Origin: Oikopleura dioica
Lineage: Eukaryota; Animalia; Chordata
DNA length: 64,000 nucleotides
Reading direction: 5' to 3'
Assembly: GCA_907165135.1 (NCBI GenBank)
Contig: OU015568.1
Coordinates: 6,634,001 to 6,698,000, forward strand
Positions 21,533-33,800 of the stretch are shown piece by piece; positions within the stretch are counted from its first letter, which is position 1, and each line of letters begins with the position of its first letter. The position numbers and the translations under genes were made by a program. The notes beneath the pieces are model-generated. The model was given only the letters and a program-made list of their open reading frames with translations, was not told where the DNA came from and did not search any database.

Positions 21533-23402
21533 ATGGAAGCACAAAATCAGCAGCAGCAGCTTTTACTGCAGCAGTATTTACAGTACCAAAGCCTACAACA
21601 GCAGCAGGCGGCTCAACTTCCGCAGCTGCCGGAAGACGCGATGCTTAGGATGAATTTGTTGATGATGGCTCAGCTTCAAGCGCAACAAGAGCTGCTCAAC
21701 AAGCAAATGATGTTCTCCAGAGTCGACCAGGGCTACTACACTTCCAGTGCCAGTTCGGGCTCGTCCCCAGTGCGCGACTTGGAGAGCCCCCCTCCCGCGC
21801 CAAAGAAAAGCCGGAAGCGGCAGAAATCCAAGGATGAATCGAAGAGCGCTAGAAAGCAGCAGAAAAGCTCCAGTCAGGAGAAACAAACCTTCCTTGGCTT
21901 GTACGAAGTATACGGCGTCATCGGCGTCGGAGGAGGCGGAATGGTCTACTCCGGCCGAAGAATCACGGACGGCCTGCCCGTCGCCATCAAACGCGTCATG
22001 CGCGAGAAGGTTAAACGATGGGAAACCGTCGACGGCCACAAAGTCCCCCAAGAAATCGCCCTCATGCTCCGGTAACAATCTAATTTCAGCCGACATCTAA
22101 TCCGCCGCCGAATATAATCGGCGATCATTATCTACAATCTTAAATCTAACTCCCAAGAGTTTATTTTTGCCGCTCCGAGTTCTTCTGTTTTCATGGGTCG
22201 GTGATTTTTCTGCTGCTCATTGAGCAAGAATCTGGAACTTTTTTTTGCAAGAAAAACTTGCCCGTGGGGCATTTGGCGCCAATTCTGAATTGCCGATTTT
22301 TGCGCGAGTTCCAACTTGTTTTCCTTTGATCTTTTAACTCTTGCTTTTTGGCAGAAAGTCAACCTCAAAGTTGATTCTAGTTATCTCTCGTTTTTTGACT
22401 TGGCAGTCGTTCTACTAGCCTTTTACTCTAAAATACCGTATCGATTCGAAAAAGAGTTTAACATTTCTTTTCAGAGTTTACGGTCACCCGGGTGTAATCC
22501 GCCTCGAAGACTGGTACGAATGCATGGATTCCTTCATCCTCGTGATGGAACGTCCCGAATCCGCCGTCGACCTCTTCGACTACATCCGCGAATCAGGGCG
22601 AATGGGCGAAAGCGAGGCTCAGGACGTCTTCAAGCAGGTAAAGCGTCCTTCTCAAAAGAGAGAATCTCCTTGGCTGGAGTGCCCAGCCTTCGAGTCCACT
22701 CAGACGCCCGCCAATTTAACTTCAGAAATTCTAGAGCTTCTTTCTAACGCGAAAAGTTTTCTAAAAGCAATCTTTTCAGATCGTCGTCGCAGTCGCTCAT
22801 ATTCATTCCCGCGGCGTCGTCCACCGTGATATCAAGGATGAGAACATCATTCTTGAGCGCGAAACTGGCGAAATCAAGCTCATCGATTTTGGCTGTGGAA
22901 CGATGCTCAAAGAAAGCGCTTACCGAGACTTCTCCGGGACGCCCGAATTCTACCCGCCGGAGTGGTTCACTTCCAAATACTATCACGCTCGGTACAGTAC
23001 AAAGAGAGTACTCCTCAGACAGAGTCCACCAGACAGCGTCTTCGCGACAGCCAGACGAGATAGTCTCCCAAGTATCTTTTCGAAAGGCCTTATTAGTAAA
23101 CTAATGATTCAGAACTGCAGCTGTGTGGTCTCTCGGAATCCTCCTATACGACATGCTCCTTGGCGAGATTCCCTTCAAATCGAAAGAAAAGATCATCGAA
23201 AACCAGCTGCATTTCAAGGTAAGAAATCACTGGATGACTCCCCCACACTCATTTTACGAAACCTTACGAAAGCAAATCTAAACCGTTTCTTCAGCACTCG
23301 ATCTCCGATTCCGCGCTGGACCTAATCCGCTGTTTGCTCCAGTCAGACCCCGAACAACGTCCTCCTCTCGAGCAGATTCTGCTCCACCCCTGGTTCCAAT
23401 AA
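21533..23402 (+). CDS. PIM: PIM-family Ser/Thr kinase with Q-rich N-terminus
   Basis: [20 protein letters not shown]-type hinge [50 protein letters not shown]; five exons with GT-AG introns. Confidence 0.9.
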
Positions 23403-23638
23403 GACGCTCCTCATTTTGGATCTCGACTTGGTATCTTCCACCTTCCAACAATCACTGCTGCCACAATCACTGCTCGCACCCTTCACTGTACAATTATCTC
23501 GACTGACAAGGTTGAACCGCGCCCTTTTCTGTACACTCTGAATTTCTTCAAAAAAACAGCCTCCGTTCAGATTAGTTACCTACTCAATACATTTTCTGTT
23601 CCATCAAAAATCAGTCTTTCGTCAATTCTCTTCAGAAA

Positions 23639-23805
23639 AACCTGTGTAGAAAACCTGAGTCAGGGTTTGAAAAATCTTTAATGAAAAGCCGCATAGCGGC
23701 TTTTTCTTAAACGAAGCCGCAAAGCGGCTTCGCAAAATAAATATTCAAGTCTACTTTTACTCAGGTTTCCTGACTCAGGTTTTGTGCACAGGTCGCCGAG
23801 CTCAG
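23639..23805. mobile_element. Foldback MITE family 1 copy
   Basis: aacctgtgtagaaaacctgagtcaggg...cctgactcaggttt...caggtcgccgagctcag. Confidence 0.75.
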
Positions 23806-24873
23806 ACAGACAGAATACTCACTCTAGAATTAAATTTTTATTATGCAAGAATGGCAATAAATGTCTCTTTTCTTCTGAAAACGCAACGAACAACTTGACT
23901 CGTCCAAATATTTGGTCGATCGAACAAGCCACAGTTAACAAGACCGAGCGGACTCCGTTGGATAGTCAATTACATTATTATTAGGAATAATAAATGATGT
24001 TCTTTCTATTTTGCTTACTGTCAAAGTAAGTCATTTTACAAGATGAAAATCAACACTCAAGAGCCTCTTCTAGTATCATCGACATTCTAGTCGATTGCTT
24101 CCCAAAAAGTATGCTTCGGGATAAAGGATGAAAAAACCAATGGAAACTAGCACTTGCGCAACTCAAAGTAGTTGAACTTAATAAGGAAGAAGAATAAGTT
24201 TCCAGACAATTTCCAGACAAGGTCTCATAATTGACGCAAAAATCGTCTGGGACAACTTCTACTTGTACTCCGAAACTAATGGAAAGGGACTTAATGAAGG
24301 CTGGAGGTTTTATGAAGGCTTTTTCGTAATTTGTATTTGGACTAAAACTTCGCATCGAAAATTGCTATTTAAGGCTTCCGCTTCTCGTTTCTTTCTCAAA
24401 TTGGTAGCTCAGTTTTTTTCAACTGGGGGCTGCACATCTGCTATGTGAATCATTGGACAAGAAGATTAAGAAATAACTGAACAGATGGGTATCCTTTTTT
24501 AGAAAATGATGCTTCTCTTCAGTGGGTAAAAATCCTCTACTTCGGAATTCGATTTATTTCCGTACATAAACATATGGGCGAAAGATTCAGCGGATTCCGT
24601 AAAGATGGATCCCAACTTGATAGGAAAAATACATTCATGAACAAAAAAGGGCAACCATTTTGAAGCACTGATTATGGAAAAGGTTACGGTAATTATTAAA
24701 TCATTCCATTATGGAAAACCCAATTTGACTTTCTGAAGCTTTCAGTAGAAAAACATCGCTTTCGTTTTCAAGCCGTATAATCTTTATTCACATATACTGT
24801 AAAATTGAACAGGCTTTGAGTAATTGTGAAGAATTAATCCAGAATTCTTATTGTCAGTTTTGAAGAGATTTGT

Positions 24874-27800
24874 TTAGACCGGGCAAGTTAGGGAGTAAAA
24901 GTTTCCGCGAATATTCAGTTGATCGTTGGCTTCTGGTTCCCAAGAAACTGGCTCGTCGTTCATGTAGAAGTCTGTCAGACAGCCGGAGAGACGCTTGAAG
25001 CTGACGCTGCCGTCGAGAACGGTCATGTGATCGCGAAGAGTTTGTTTCTTTGTGGAATCGTTGACCTTGAGAATCACCTGCTCGTCACTGCCTTCGTTCT
25101 TGAATTCGACTGAAAAGAGCGGTTATTCGCTGAAAGATGGAAGAGAAAACTCACCTGAAATTTCAATAGGTTGAGATCTGCAGTCTTTGTTTCTTACAGA
25201 AACGCGAGCTACACCCTTAGCGATGTAAATGTAAGCGACGACTTCTTCTTTTTCGACTTTGATTTCCATTCGCTCATCTTAATTGATTTCAGCTAGATTT
25301 GGGCAATTTAAATTTTGTTTTACCTTTTTCAGTGTTGAAAATTTCTACAAGCTCGAATTTCTCGTCTGTGGGAGTGAGCGTGACTTCGAATTTTTCAAGA
25401 CGTTCTTTGAGAGAAAAATCAATGGCGGTTCCTCGAGGAGAGAAGAAACCAACATCGCCGGGTCGAGAAAGAATGGCGGGAGAGTTCTGGATTCGCTTTG
25501 GATTCATTTCTCGATCGTTCATCTTTACATCGAAGACTGCTCCGCTGAAGCCCTCGACATTGTCCATGGTGGAAGGGCATTTGAGAGGAGTTTCACCGAT
25601 GAAGAGAGTGCTCAATGATTTCTTGGCAATTCGCAATCGCTTGTTTTCGGAATATCTGTCGAAACTCAAGATGAACTTGGTTTTTCCGCGGCTCATTTCT
25701 CTCGCTTCGATTCTGATCTGCACGCGCTTGTTGACTGGCAAGTTCTTCTTGAGATCCACTGTGTCTATCTCTTTCTGCCCGTCGGAGATGTACAAGCTTG
25801 GCTGCTGATTGACAACGACCAGGGAAACGTAAGCACTGCAGTCGTCATTTGTCAATTTGGCGATAGTTCCGTCTTTCTCTTCAATTTCAACGTCGAGATC
25901 GAGTTCGAACCGGTTGATCTTTTCGCCGTTGCGGAGGTTGAATTTCAAGAAGCTATCTGGTTTCAGCATGAATTTCTCAACTTCTGGGATTCGTTGATCA
26001 AAATGCTCGCACTTCTCGTGGTGGACCTTTCTCGAGCGCTGGTGTTCCCGAGAGCTGGCAGAATCGACCGACATCTCGACGACATGAGTGGACATCAAGC
26101 TTTGAGGAACATTCGCGTGGCATTCGTTGAAGCGCAATTGCCCCTGGCAGATGTTTCTGGTCCTGTCGTGGCAGAGGAAGCCGTCAAGAGCAGTTGCCAG
26201 GAAGACGTTCTTCTCATCCCGGAGATTTTCGATGAAAGGAACTGTCATGCAGCCGAAGAACGGTTGCTGGACGCGCTGGTTTTTCACATTTCGACCGCCG
26301 AGAGTCAGCTCGATGCTTTCATTCTCCACTTCTGCCAGTTCAAGTGCTTCGAATTTTTCTTCGTGGCCGTTGATGGAAACGAACAATCCCTCGCCATTTT
26401 TGCGTTCGATGGAGACAGCGATGTTCTCTTCCGCGACGACACGAACTGGGACGGAGAAGGTTTCTTCTTCTTTGTTAGTTTTGATGAAGAAGTTGGTTTG
26501 ATCGCCGTTTGGTGTGATGCCGAACTCAACGAATCGCTGGCCGTTTGGATTGTGAGCGCGGAGAAGGACGGAGTTTCGGAGATTGTAACCAGCTAAACAA
26601 GTGATTGATAAAGGTTTTGAGGATTTTTCTCTGAATTACCTTGGATAGTGAAACTGAAGACGGCTCTGAAATTGCTCAAAGTTCCCTTCAAGTTCTTTCG
26701 AATAATCGCTTCGTTTCCGTTGAATGAGACTTTCTGGAGATTAGGGGTTTTGCACCCAGGCAAGATTCCTGATTTCATGACAGAAGAACCAGGAGCGAGA
26801 TCCAAAGGCTTGTGATTGATAGCTGTTTTGCCGAAGCAACCGGTGTATCGCTTGTTGTACATTGGAACGTATTCTGACAGATGGCTCAAATCGCCGTAGA
26901 TTGGTTGGAAACCACCGAGATGAATTTGGTTGGAGATTCGGAACTCGCAGCCGTGGCAAGTCTTGCTCTTCTTTTTGATGTAGAAATCGTTTTCAACAGA
27001 GACGACTTTGTTTACGTTCCATTCTTTTACCGACAATCCAGCGACGCCACCAACCATGCCGATTCGAAGAGTGAGCTCGTTTGACTCTCGTTGGATTCTT
27101 GTCACGTGCTCTGGCTTCATTCCGAATGCGGTAGGGATGTAAGGATCGTTCGTCTTTGGTCGCTCAAGTCGGACTGCATTTGGTCCTGCTTTGTAACCAA
27201 GATTGTATGAGAAGACAGGCTCGCCATTTTGCAGTTCAAGGGCGAGGAAGTAATCTTTTTGAAGTGGATCGCCGATGAAGAAGATCAGCGCATCAGCTTG
27301 GGTAGTCGCTCGAAGCTTCATCTGGAAAACGATAGTTCCGGAGTCCTGGTTGACCATGTATTTTGAGTGCGATTCATCATCGAGATGAGCCCATGAATTC
27401 TCACCGGAGAACTGGTAGCAACCGGCTGTTTCCTTGATCGGCGAAGTTTCTAGAATCTGTTCCCAGTTGAGATGCTGCTGTTCTCGGCTGAAATCCTCAG
27501 CTGCCTCGTCGAAATTCCAAACAAAGATTTCGCGACCGTTGAGGACGACTTCTGCGAGTTCCATTTTCGTCGAAGTACTCTTGACACCATCAAGTGATTC
27601 GGGGAGAGCACCAAGAATCAAGGTAGTTTTATTGGAAACAAAGGTATTTTCTTGCGTTGGGAAGGTTGCGAAAACTTCAGAAGATCTCGATGAATCATCA
27701 AGCTTGGAGACATGGAGGACTAACTGATCGACGGATCGTCGAACTCGGATTTTCTGCCAGGTGCTGTCGGGTCGGAAAACTTCAGTGTCTGATTTCAAAA

Positions 27801-30800
27801 TGACTGAATCGGCATCAGCGGTGTTCTTGAAGACGACTCGGGGCTTTCCTTCCAAAATTTCAAGAGTCAAGAAGCTGGAATCGGACTCGAACAGAGTGAA
27901 AACATGAGCAGATGGCTTACGAGGCCGAACAAGGATTTCAAGATTGACTTCGTCGACAAGCTCAACGGGGAATTTGACCTCAGAGATGTCGTAGATTGTA
28001 TATTCATCGTCCTTGATCTGGAGAGGAATCTTGTTGGAGATGTAGTTTACGAGAGTCTTTGACATTTCAATTTGCTCCATGATCTCGTCAATGCTCTTTT
28101 GCATTTCTGCAAACATATCATCAGTATCCTTGGCGATCTCGTTGATTTCATTATTAATCTCAGCGAAGTTGTCTTCGTTGACACCGGTGGCGATTTCGAC
28201 AACCTTGTCGCCGCACGATTTCATGATGTTTTCGGTTTCTTCAAGCATCTGCGTTGCTTCTTCAGTGTATTTCGAAATGTGATCGTACGAAGTTTTGACT
28301 TTTTCAAGATTATCGTTGATTTCTTTGCCGGTCTTGAAGATGTCATCGACTGGAACTGTTTTATTTATCTCGTTGAAGATGTCCAAGTTGTCAATTAGAG
28401 TTTGATAGGCTTCCATATCAACAGGTTCGTTGTAGATTTCATCTAGTTTCGCAAACTGAGCATCAAGAGGGTCTTTTTCTTTGATGAGGAGATTCAGATG
28501 GTTCTGAGTTTCATCAAGTTTCTTGTCAGTTGCGTAGAGAGATTCAAGCACTCCGCTGCAGGTAGATTCAGCTTCTGATTTTTCAGTAATTGATGGAAGT
28601 CGCCCATCAATACCATCGAGCAATTCCTGGGCAGACTCAATTTCGGCGAAAGAATTTTTGATAACTTGGTCAATATTTTGAGCACGCAACACTTCAATTT
28701 GCTTGTCAAGTCCAGGAGAGACTTTAGTGAAGAAAATCTCATAATCGCGGTGAATTTGCTCAATCTTGGCAGCGTGTTTTCCAGCGTCGGCAACCCAGTC
28801 TCGCTCTTCTTCTCCAATCTGCTCGATGACCGCTTTCGATTTTTCCATTCGCTCTTCGATTTGTTCGAGTCCTGAAATGATGGTCGCATCATTGTTGAGT
28901 CGGTAGATGGAATTTTCGAATTGAGCCAATGGATCTTCACCAGATAGGGTAGAGTAATCATGGCGAGTTCCATTGTTCATGATGTTTGCGTCATTGAGTA
29001 TTTTGGACGTTTCATAGTAGCTGGCTTTGTAGTCGTTGGCGTCCGAGTGAATCTGCATGATCGTCTTGTTGTTGATTTCAGTCAAATCCATGACATAAGA
29101 AAGATCTTCAGTGATTTGATCGAGAGTTTCTTTGAACTGATCGAGTTTGGCTTTCTTTTCCTCGATTTCTTCAATCAGAAGACCTCCTCGGGAAGAAAGC
29201 TTAGTGACATTGTATCGTCGATTAACATCTTCCAATGTCTCTGTCGCTAGAATTTGCTCCTCAACTGTGGCTTCGTTGTTTTCGAGACGCAAAACTTCGT
29301 GATAATGGATGTTTGTGATGTTGAAAATAATCTCTTGGGCAGTTGGAACCCAGACATTGTCGAATTCATCGAAGTCAATTTGCTTCTTTCTCGCGATTTC
29401 CATAGCTCGGAAGCTCAATTCATCCAAATCTGTCGAAAGAACGGTCGACTCCTCGAATCTATGCTTGGACTCATCAGTCGATAGTTTTGTTCTGACTTCG
29501 TATTCATGAACGTCGTGGCAAGTTCCGATCATTGAGTTGTACATCTTTTCGAATTCGCGAACCTGATCGCCCGAGGAGTAGCCCATGAGATTTCGTTCCA
29601 ACGAGTTCACATGATTTTTGAGTCCCTTGAGCTCCTTGTCCATGATATTTAGTTTCCGATAAGCAAGGCCACCAGCTTTTGTGACTTCCAGATCAGTCAG
29701 GCGAATCGACACTTCAGTAGTGTACATATCGAGAGATTTTTCATCGTATCCGAGGAATTCATCCCAGTCTCCTTCTGTTCGAGGACCGAGAAGCCAGTCA
29801 ATGCAAGATGAGCACGGTTCGCATTTGGTGTTTAGTCCTGATAGACGAGTAACTGCTCGTGGGTTTTCGCATTGATCGCATTGCGCGCCAATTACTCCTG
29901 GAGGGCACTCGCATCGGCCGGTCTGAGAGTCACATGGAAGACCAGGTGGACAATTGCACTGCTTGCAGCCGGAAGAAGTCAGATCATAGTGACCTTCTTG
30001 GCATTTGTCGCAGTTGAGTCCTTCAACACCAGGCTTGCAAGTGCACTGTCCAGTGAGTTTGTCGCAAACATCAGATGTAGAACCGTTCTTGTCACAAGCG
30101 CAAGTTTTGCATCCAGTCATGTGACAGCTATCAAAGTCCCAGAAGCCATCAGCACATTGATCACATGTCTCGCCAACGACGTTTGGTTTGCACTGACAGT
30201 CGCCGAAGATGTTGTCACATCCTTGAGAGCCGCAGATGTTGCAGTTGCACTCCTCGCAAGACTTTTCAATCGCGTTTCCAAAATAGAAAGGAGCGCATTT
30301 TTCACAGTGTTTTCCTGCAGTGTTGTTGATGCAAGCGAGACAAGTTCCATCTTGATCATCGCACTGAACGTTGCCGGTGGAAAGGTCAGAGTTGCCATTG
30401 CAATCGCACTTTTTGCACTCTTGGTTGATCATATTTGGGCGACCGAACCAACCAGCATCGCATTTTTCACAGGCAGCGCCGGTGTATCCTGGCTTGCAGT
30501 TGCAAACAACGTCGAAATCATCCTTTTTATCAGGGTTGAAGATGTTTGTAAAGTCCGTGAACTCAGAGTAGTCGGCAATCTTTTCATCCTTGACTTGGTG
30601 GAAGCAAGAGATGGAGTGCGAGTTGTGCTCGCTTGGGCAAGGACAGGGTTTGCAATCGGCAGAAGTTCCACCTTTGGCGTATCCAATGAATCCCTCGGCG
30701 CAGAACTCGCAGTTTGTGCCCATCGTATTGTCAAGACAGGTTGAGAGCTCAATTGTACTCTCGGCCAGTTTCATTGCCGAATCTTGAATGTAGATTTCGC

Positions 30801-33800
30801 TGCCGTCTTGTTCAACACCTTCAATGTATTGGCTAGAAACATCGCTGGTAACATTGTTCAAGAGGATGAAAGTTTGCTCGCCAAGGAGAGACGAGGTATC
30901 CCAGTATCGAGGGTAGCCGTCTTCGTCGCATTCATCGCAGTGGTTGTTGCATTTGCATTTCTGGCAGCGCTGGTATCGAGAACCTTCAGTATTTGACTTA
31001 TCCCAGTAGTAGCCTTTATCACACTCCTCGCAACTCGGTCCCACGTGACCTTCTGGGCAAGTACAGACTTCGACGCGGGAGCGGTGAGCGTATCGAGAAG
31101 CTTCAGAAGAATCAGAATATGGCATCTCAAGTTGGTCGGTAAAGTCGGTATCTTCGAGGATCAGATTGGAAATTTGAATTTCAGAGACGGCAACGGGATA
31201 GGAAGCTTTCATTTTGATGCCGGTCAAGTCACGAAGAACCTTGAGCAGTTCGTTTCGAGAGATAGGTTGGTGAGTGAGGGCCGAGAAGAAACCGTTTTCC
31301 ATGAGTGGAACTCGGACGGTCATTGAGTTTGAGTCGGATCGATGTTCGTCGGATTTCCAGTAGATGCTGAGTCCATTACCGTCAAGATAGAGATCTGGAT
31401 CAGTGTTGAGCGACGAGAAAGCGCTGTTTGCAGCCTTGTCGTGCTCTTCTTCGTCCCAGGTGATTGTGTACTCAAGGAATCCACCGTAAGCGCCAAGTCT
31501 GTTACCGCCGTATTTCTTCACAGGAGCGACCCAGTAAAGAGGCTTTCGAGCTTGAGAGTCGGATCGAAGAGCTTGGCCACCTGCTTTATTGACTTCCAAG
31601 GTGATGGAGTTTTCAAAGGCAAAGAGGGCTTTTTCGTAGTTAGGCGAGATCATTCCTTGAACACGCCAGTCTTCAGCTGTAGACATGTCAGAAACGGAGA
31701 GAACAGCAAAGTCGGATGGTCGACAATCAGCATGACCGGTCTCGAGTTGGATTAAACCGGAGCAGTAGCAGGAAATGCAGCCAGCTGGATTCTGAGAATC
31801 GAGGAAGAAGGAACCGGCTTTGCAGCGAGAGCAGCTGGTGCCTTCGACGTTTTCTTTGCACTGGCAAGCTCCTGTTTTGACATCGCACTGGTTATTGTCC
31901 CCGATGGTACCGCGCTCATCGCACTCGCATTTTTTACAGTTGGGGAATCCGTAGTAACCAGGGAGACATCGATCACAGCTTTTACCAGTGATGAAGGGTA
32001 GGCAAGCGCATTGACCGTTGTGGTCGTCGCAGCTTTCAGAAGCGCCGATGGTTCCTTCAGCGTTGCAGTTGCAAAGCTTGCATCCTGTGATATGATGGTA
32101 TCCGTAAGCATCATCCTGGCAGCTAAGGCAATCTTCAGATGTATTTGCTGGGCAGAGACATTCGCCAGTGCTCTCGTCGCAGACCGTGTTTCCGACACAA
32201 TTGCATTTTCTGCAATTTGGCCAGTTGTAGTAACCAACCTCGCATCTTGAGCAATCGCGTCCGATGACATTTGGCTTGCATTCGCATTGACCGCCGTAGG
32301 CTTCGCACTTTTCGCTGTATCCAACTGTTCCGGCAGTGGCACACTGACACTGCTTTGGATTCGAGTTCGACATGACGAGGGTCAAAGCGTTGTCTTTGCA
32401 CATTTTTGGAATATCGTCGTCACGTGGGTCGATCAAGAAGCCGCAGTTTTTAATAAACCAGTCGGCGTGGTTGAGTTCGGCGAGATCAAGTTGTTCAATT
32501 GACCATTTTGTCTCCGGGATGACGATGAAGTTCTTGATTCTGAGAGGTGAGTTTTCTTCGAAATCGATTGAAAGAGTGATTGCTTGTTCTGTGAAAGGGA
32601 AGACCTTATCGCCATTTTGGAGATAAATAATCGCTCGGCAGCCAGATGTCAATTGGCAGTATTCAATTCGGACGGTGCCATGGAAAGACTCAACAGCAGA
32701 TTCGATGAAAATGGATGTGTTGTAGCTCAGACTCTCTTCGTTGTAGTAGTGGATGACAACGAGACTTGGCTCCTCTGCGTGAAGTTCAGTGGAGACATGA
32801 ACCTTGGTTCCATTCTCTGGAGGCACGAACCAAAGACTGTCTGACAGACGAATTTCAGTAGCAGCAGCTGGAGTGGATGGATAGACAGATTCATCAGGGT
32901 TGATAAACTTAGGGCCGTGGCTAGAAATTCCTAGTTTCTTTGGCTGAACAACTTCGATGGACCAATCTTCAAACGGAATGACATGGATTCTCCTGATAAA
33001 GAGCATTTGATCGTCTCGGATTCTTCCTTCGTGGCTGATGGAAAGATAGATCGGACCGGCATCCATATCAATCACTGAAACTTCTCGGTTGAGAGTCACG
33101 CCAACTTGTCGGCAAGAGAAGAGATAGTTGCAAGCATAGGCATTGTAATATCCGGGCTCGACGCGCTCGATTCCGTGTTTTCTGTAGGTGACGTCGATTC
33201 GCACTTGTTGGATTCGCTCAACTCTGTTGACGTAGTCCATCACGAGGACGTACTTGCCTTTTGTTTGAATGTCGATCTGAGCGTAGAGGTTTTCCGCTTT
33301 GGTTCCGTCCAACATGAGCATCTTTTCAAAAGGCTGTGTTCGTCCAGCAACAGTATTGTAGACCATGGGAGGGATGATTTCAAAGTCGCCGGCGAGTGGA
33401 AGTCGGAAAGTTGAGTATTCGCGGACAACAGTTCCGATCGGAAGGGGGAAGTGATCATACATCATGCATTTTGACCCCTTGGATTCAGAGAATTTGCATG
33501 GCTCGTCAACTTTTTGCTTGAGAATTCGCGGCTCATAGTAATCTGCTGGAAGAAGAGCGATGTAGTCAACCAAGACACCTTCTTTTTTGAACTCGGCTCC
33601 TTCAGTGTCGATTTCAAGTCGGAACTTGTACTCGCCTTCAGAAAGAACAGCATCAGTGTTGAAGGAAACGGTAGACGGCTCTGCTGATTGAGGAAGCTTG
33701 ATCTCGACGATTTGTGGAGCTTTGCCTAAAAAGAACGGTAAGTCAATTGTTTATTGAGAAAGGAAATGGGTTTGCTTGTTCAAAAAACTTCGATTTCCCG

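Noticed and set aside
24050-24355. 101-aa minus-strand ORF downstream of laminin
   Set aside because: Laminin already terminates at CPV* (24874); no motif or splice link supports a separate gene
29872-30744. Long plus-strand ORFs over laminin (290 aa here; also 36620-37504, 25994-26596, 34216-34791)
   Set aside because: Antisense shadows of a codon-biased or repetitive minus-strand CDS, with no recognisable protein features
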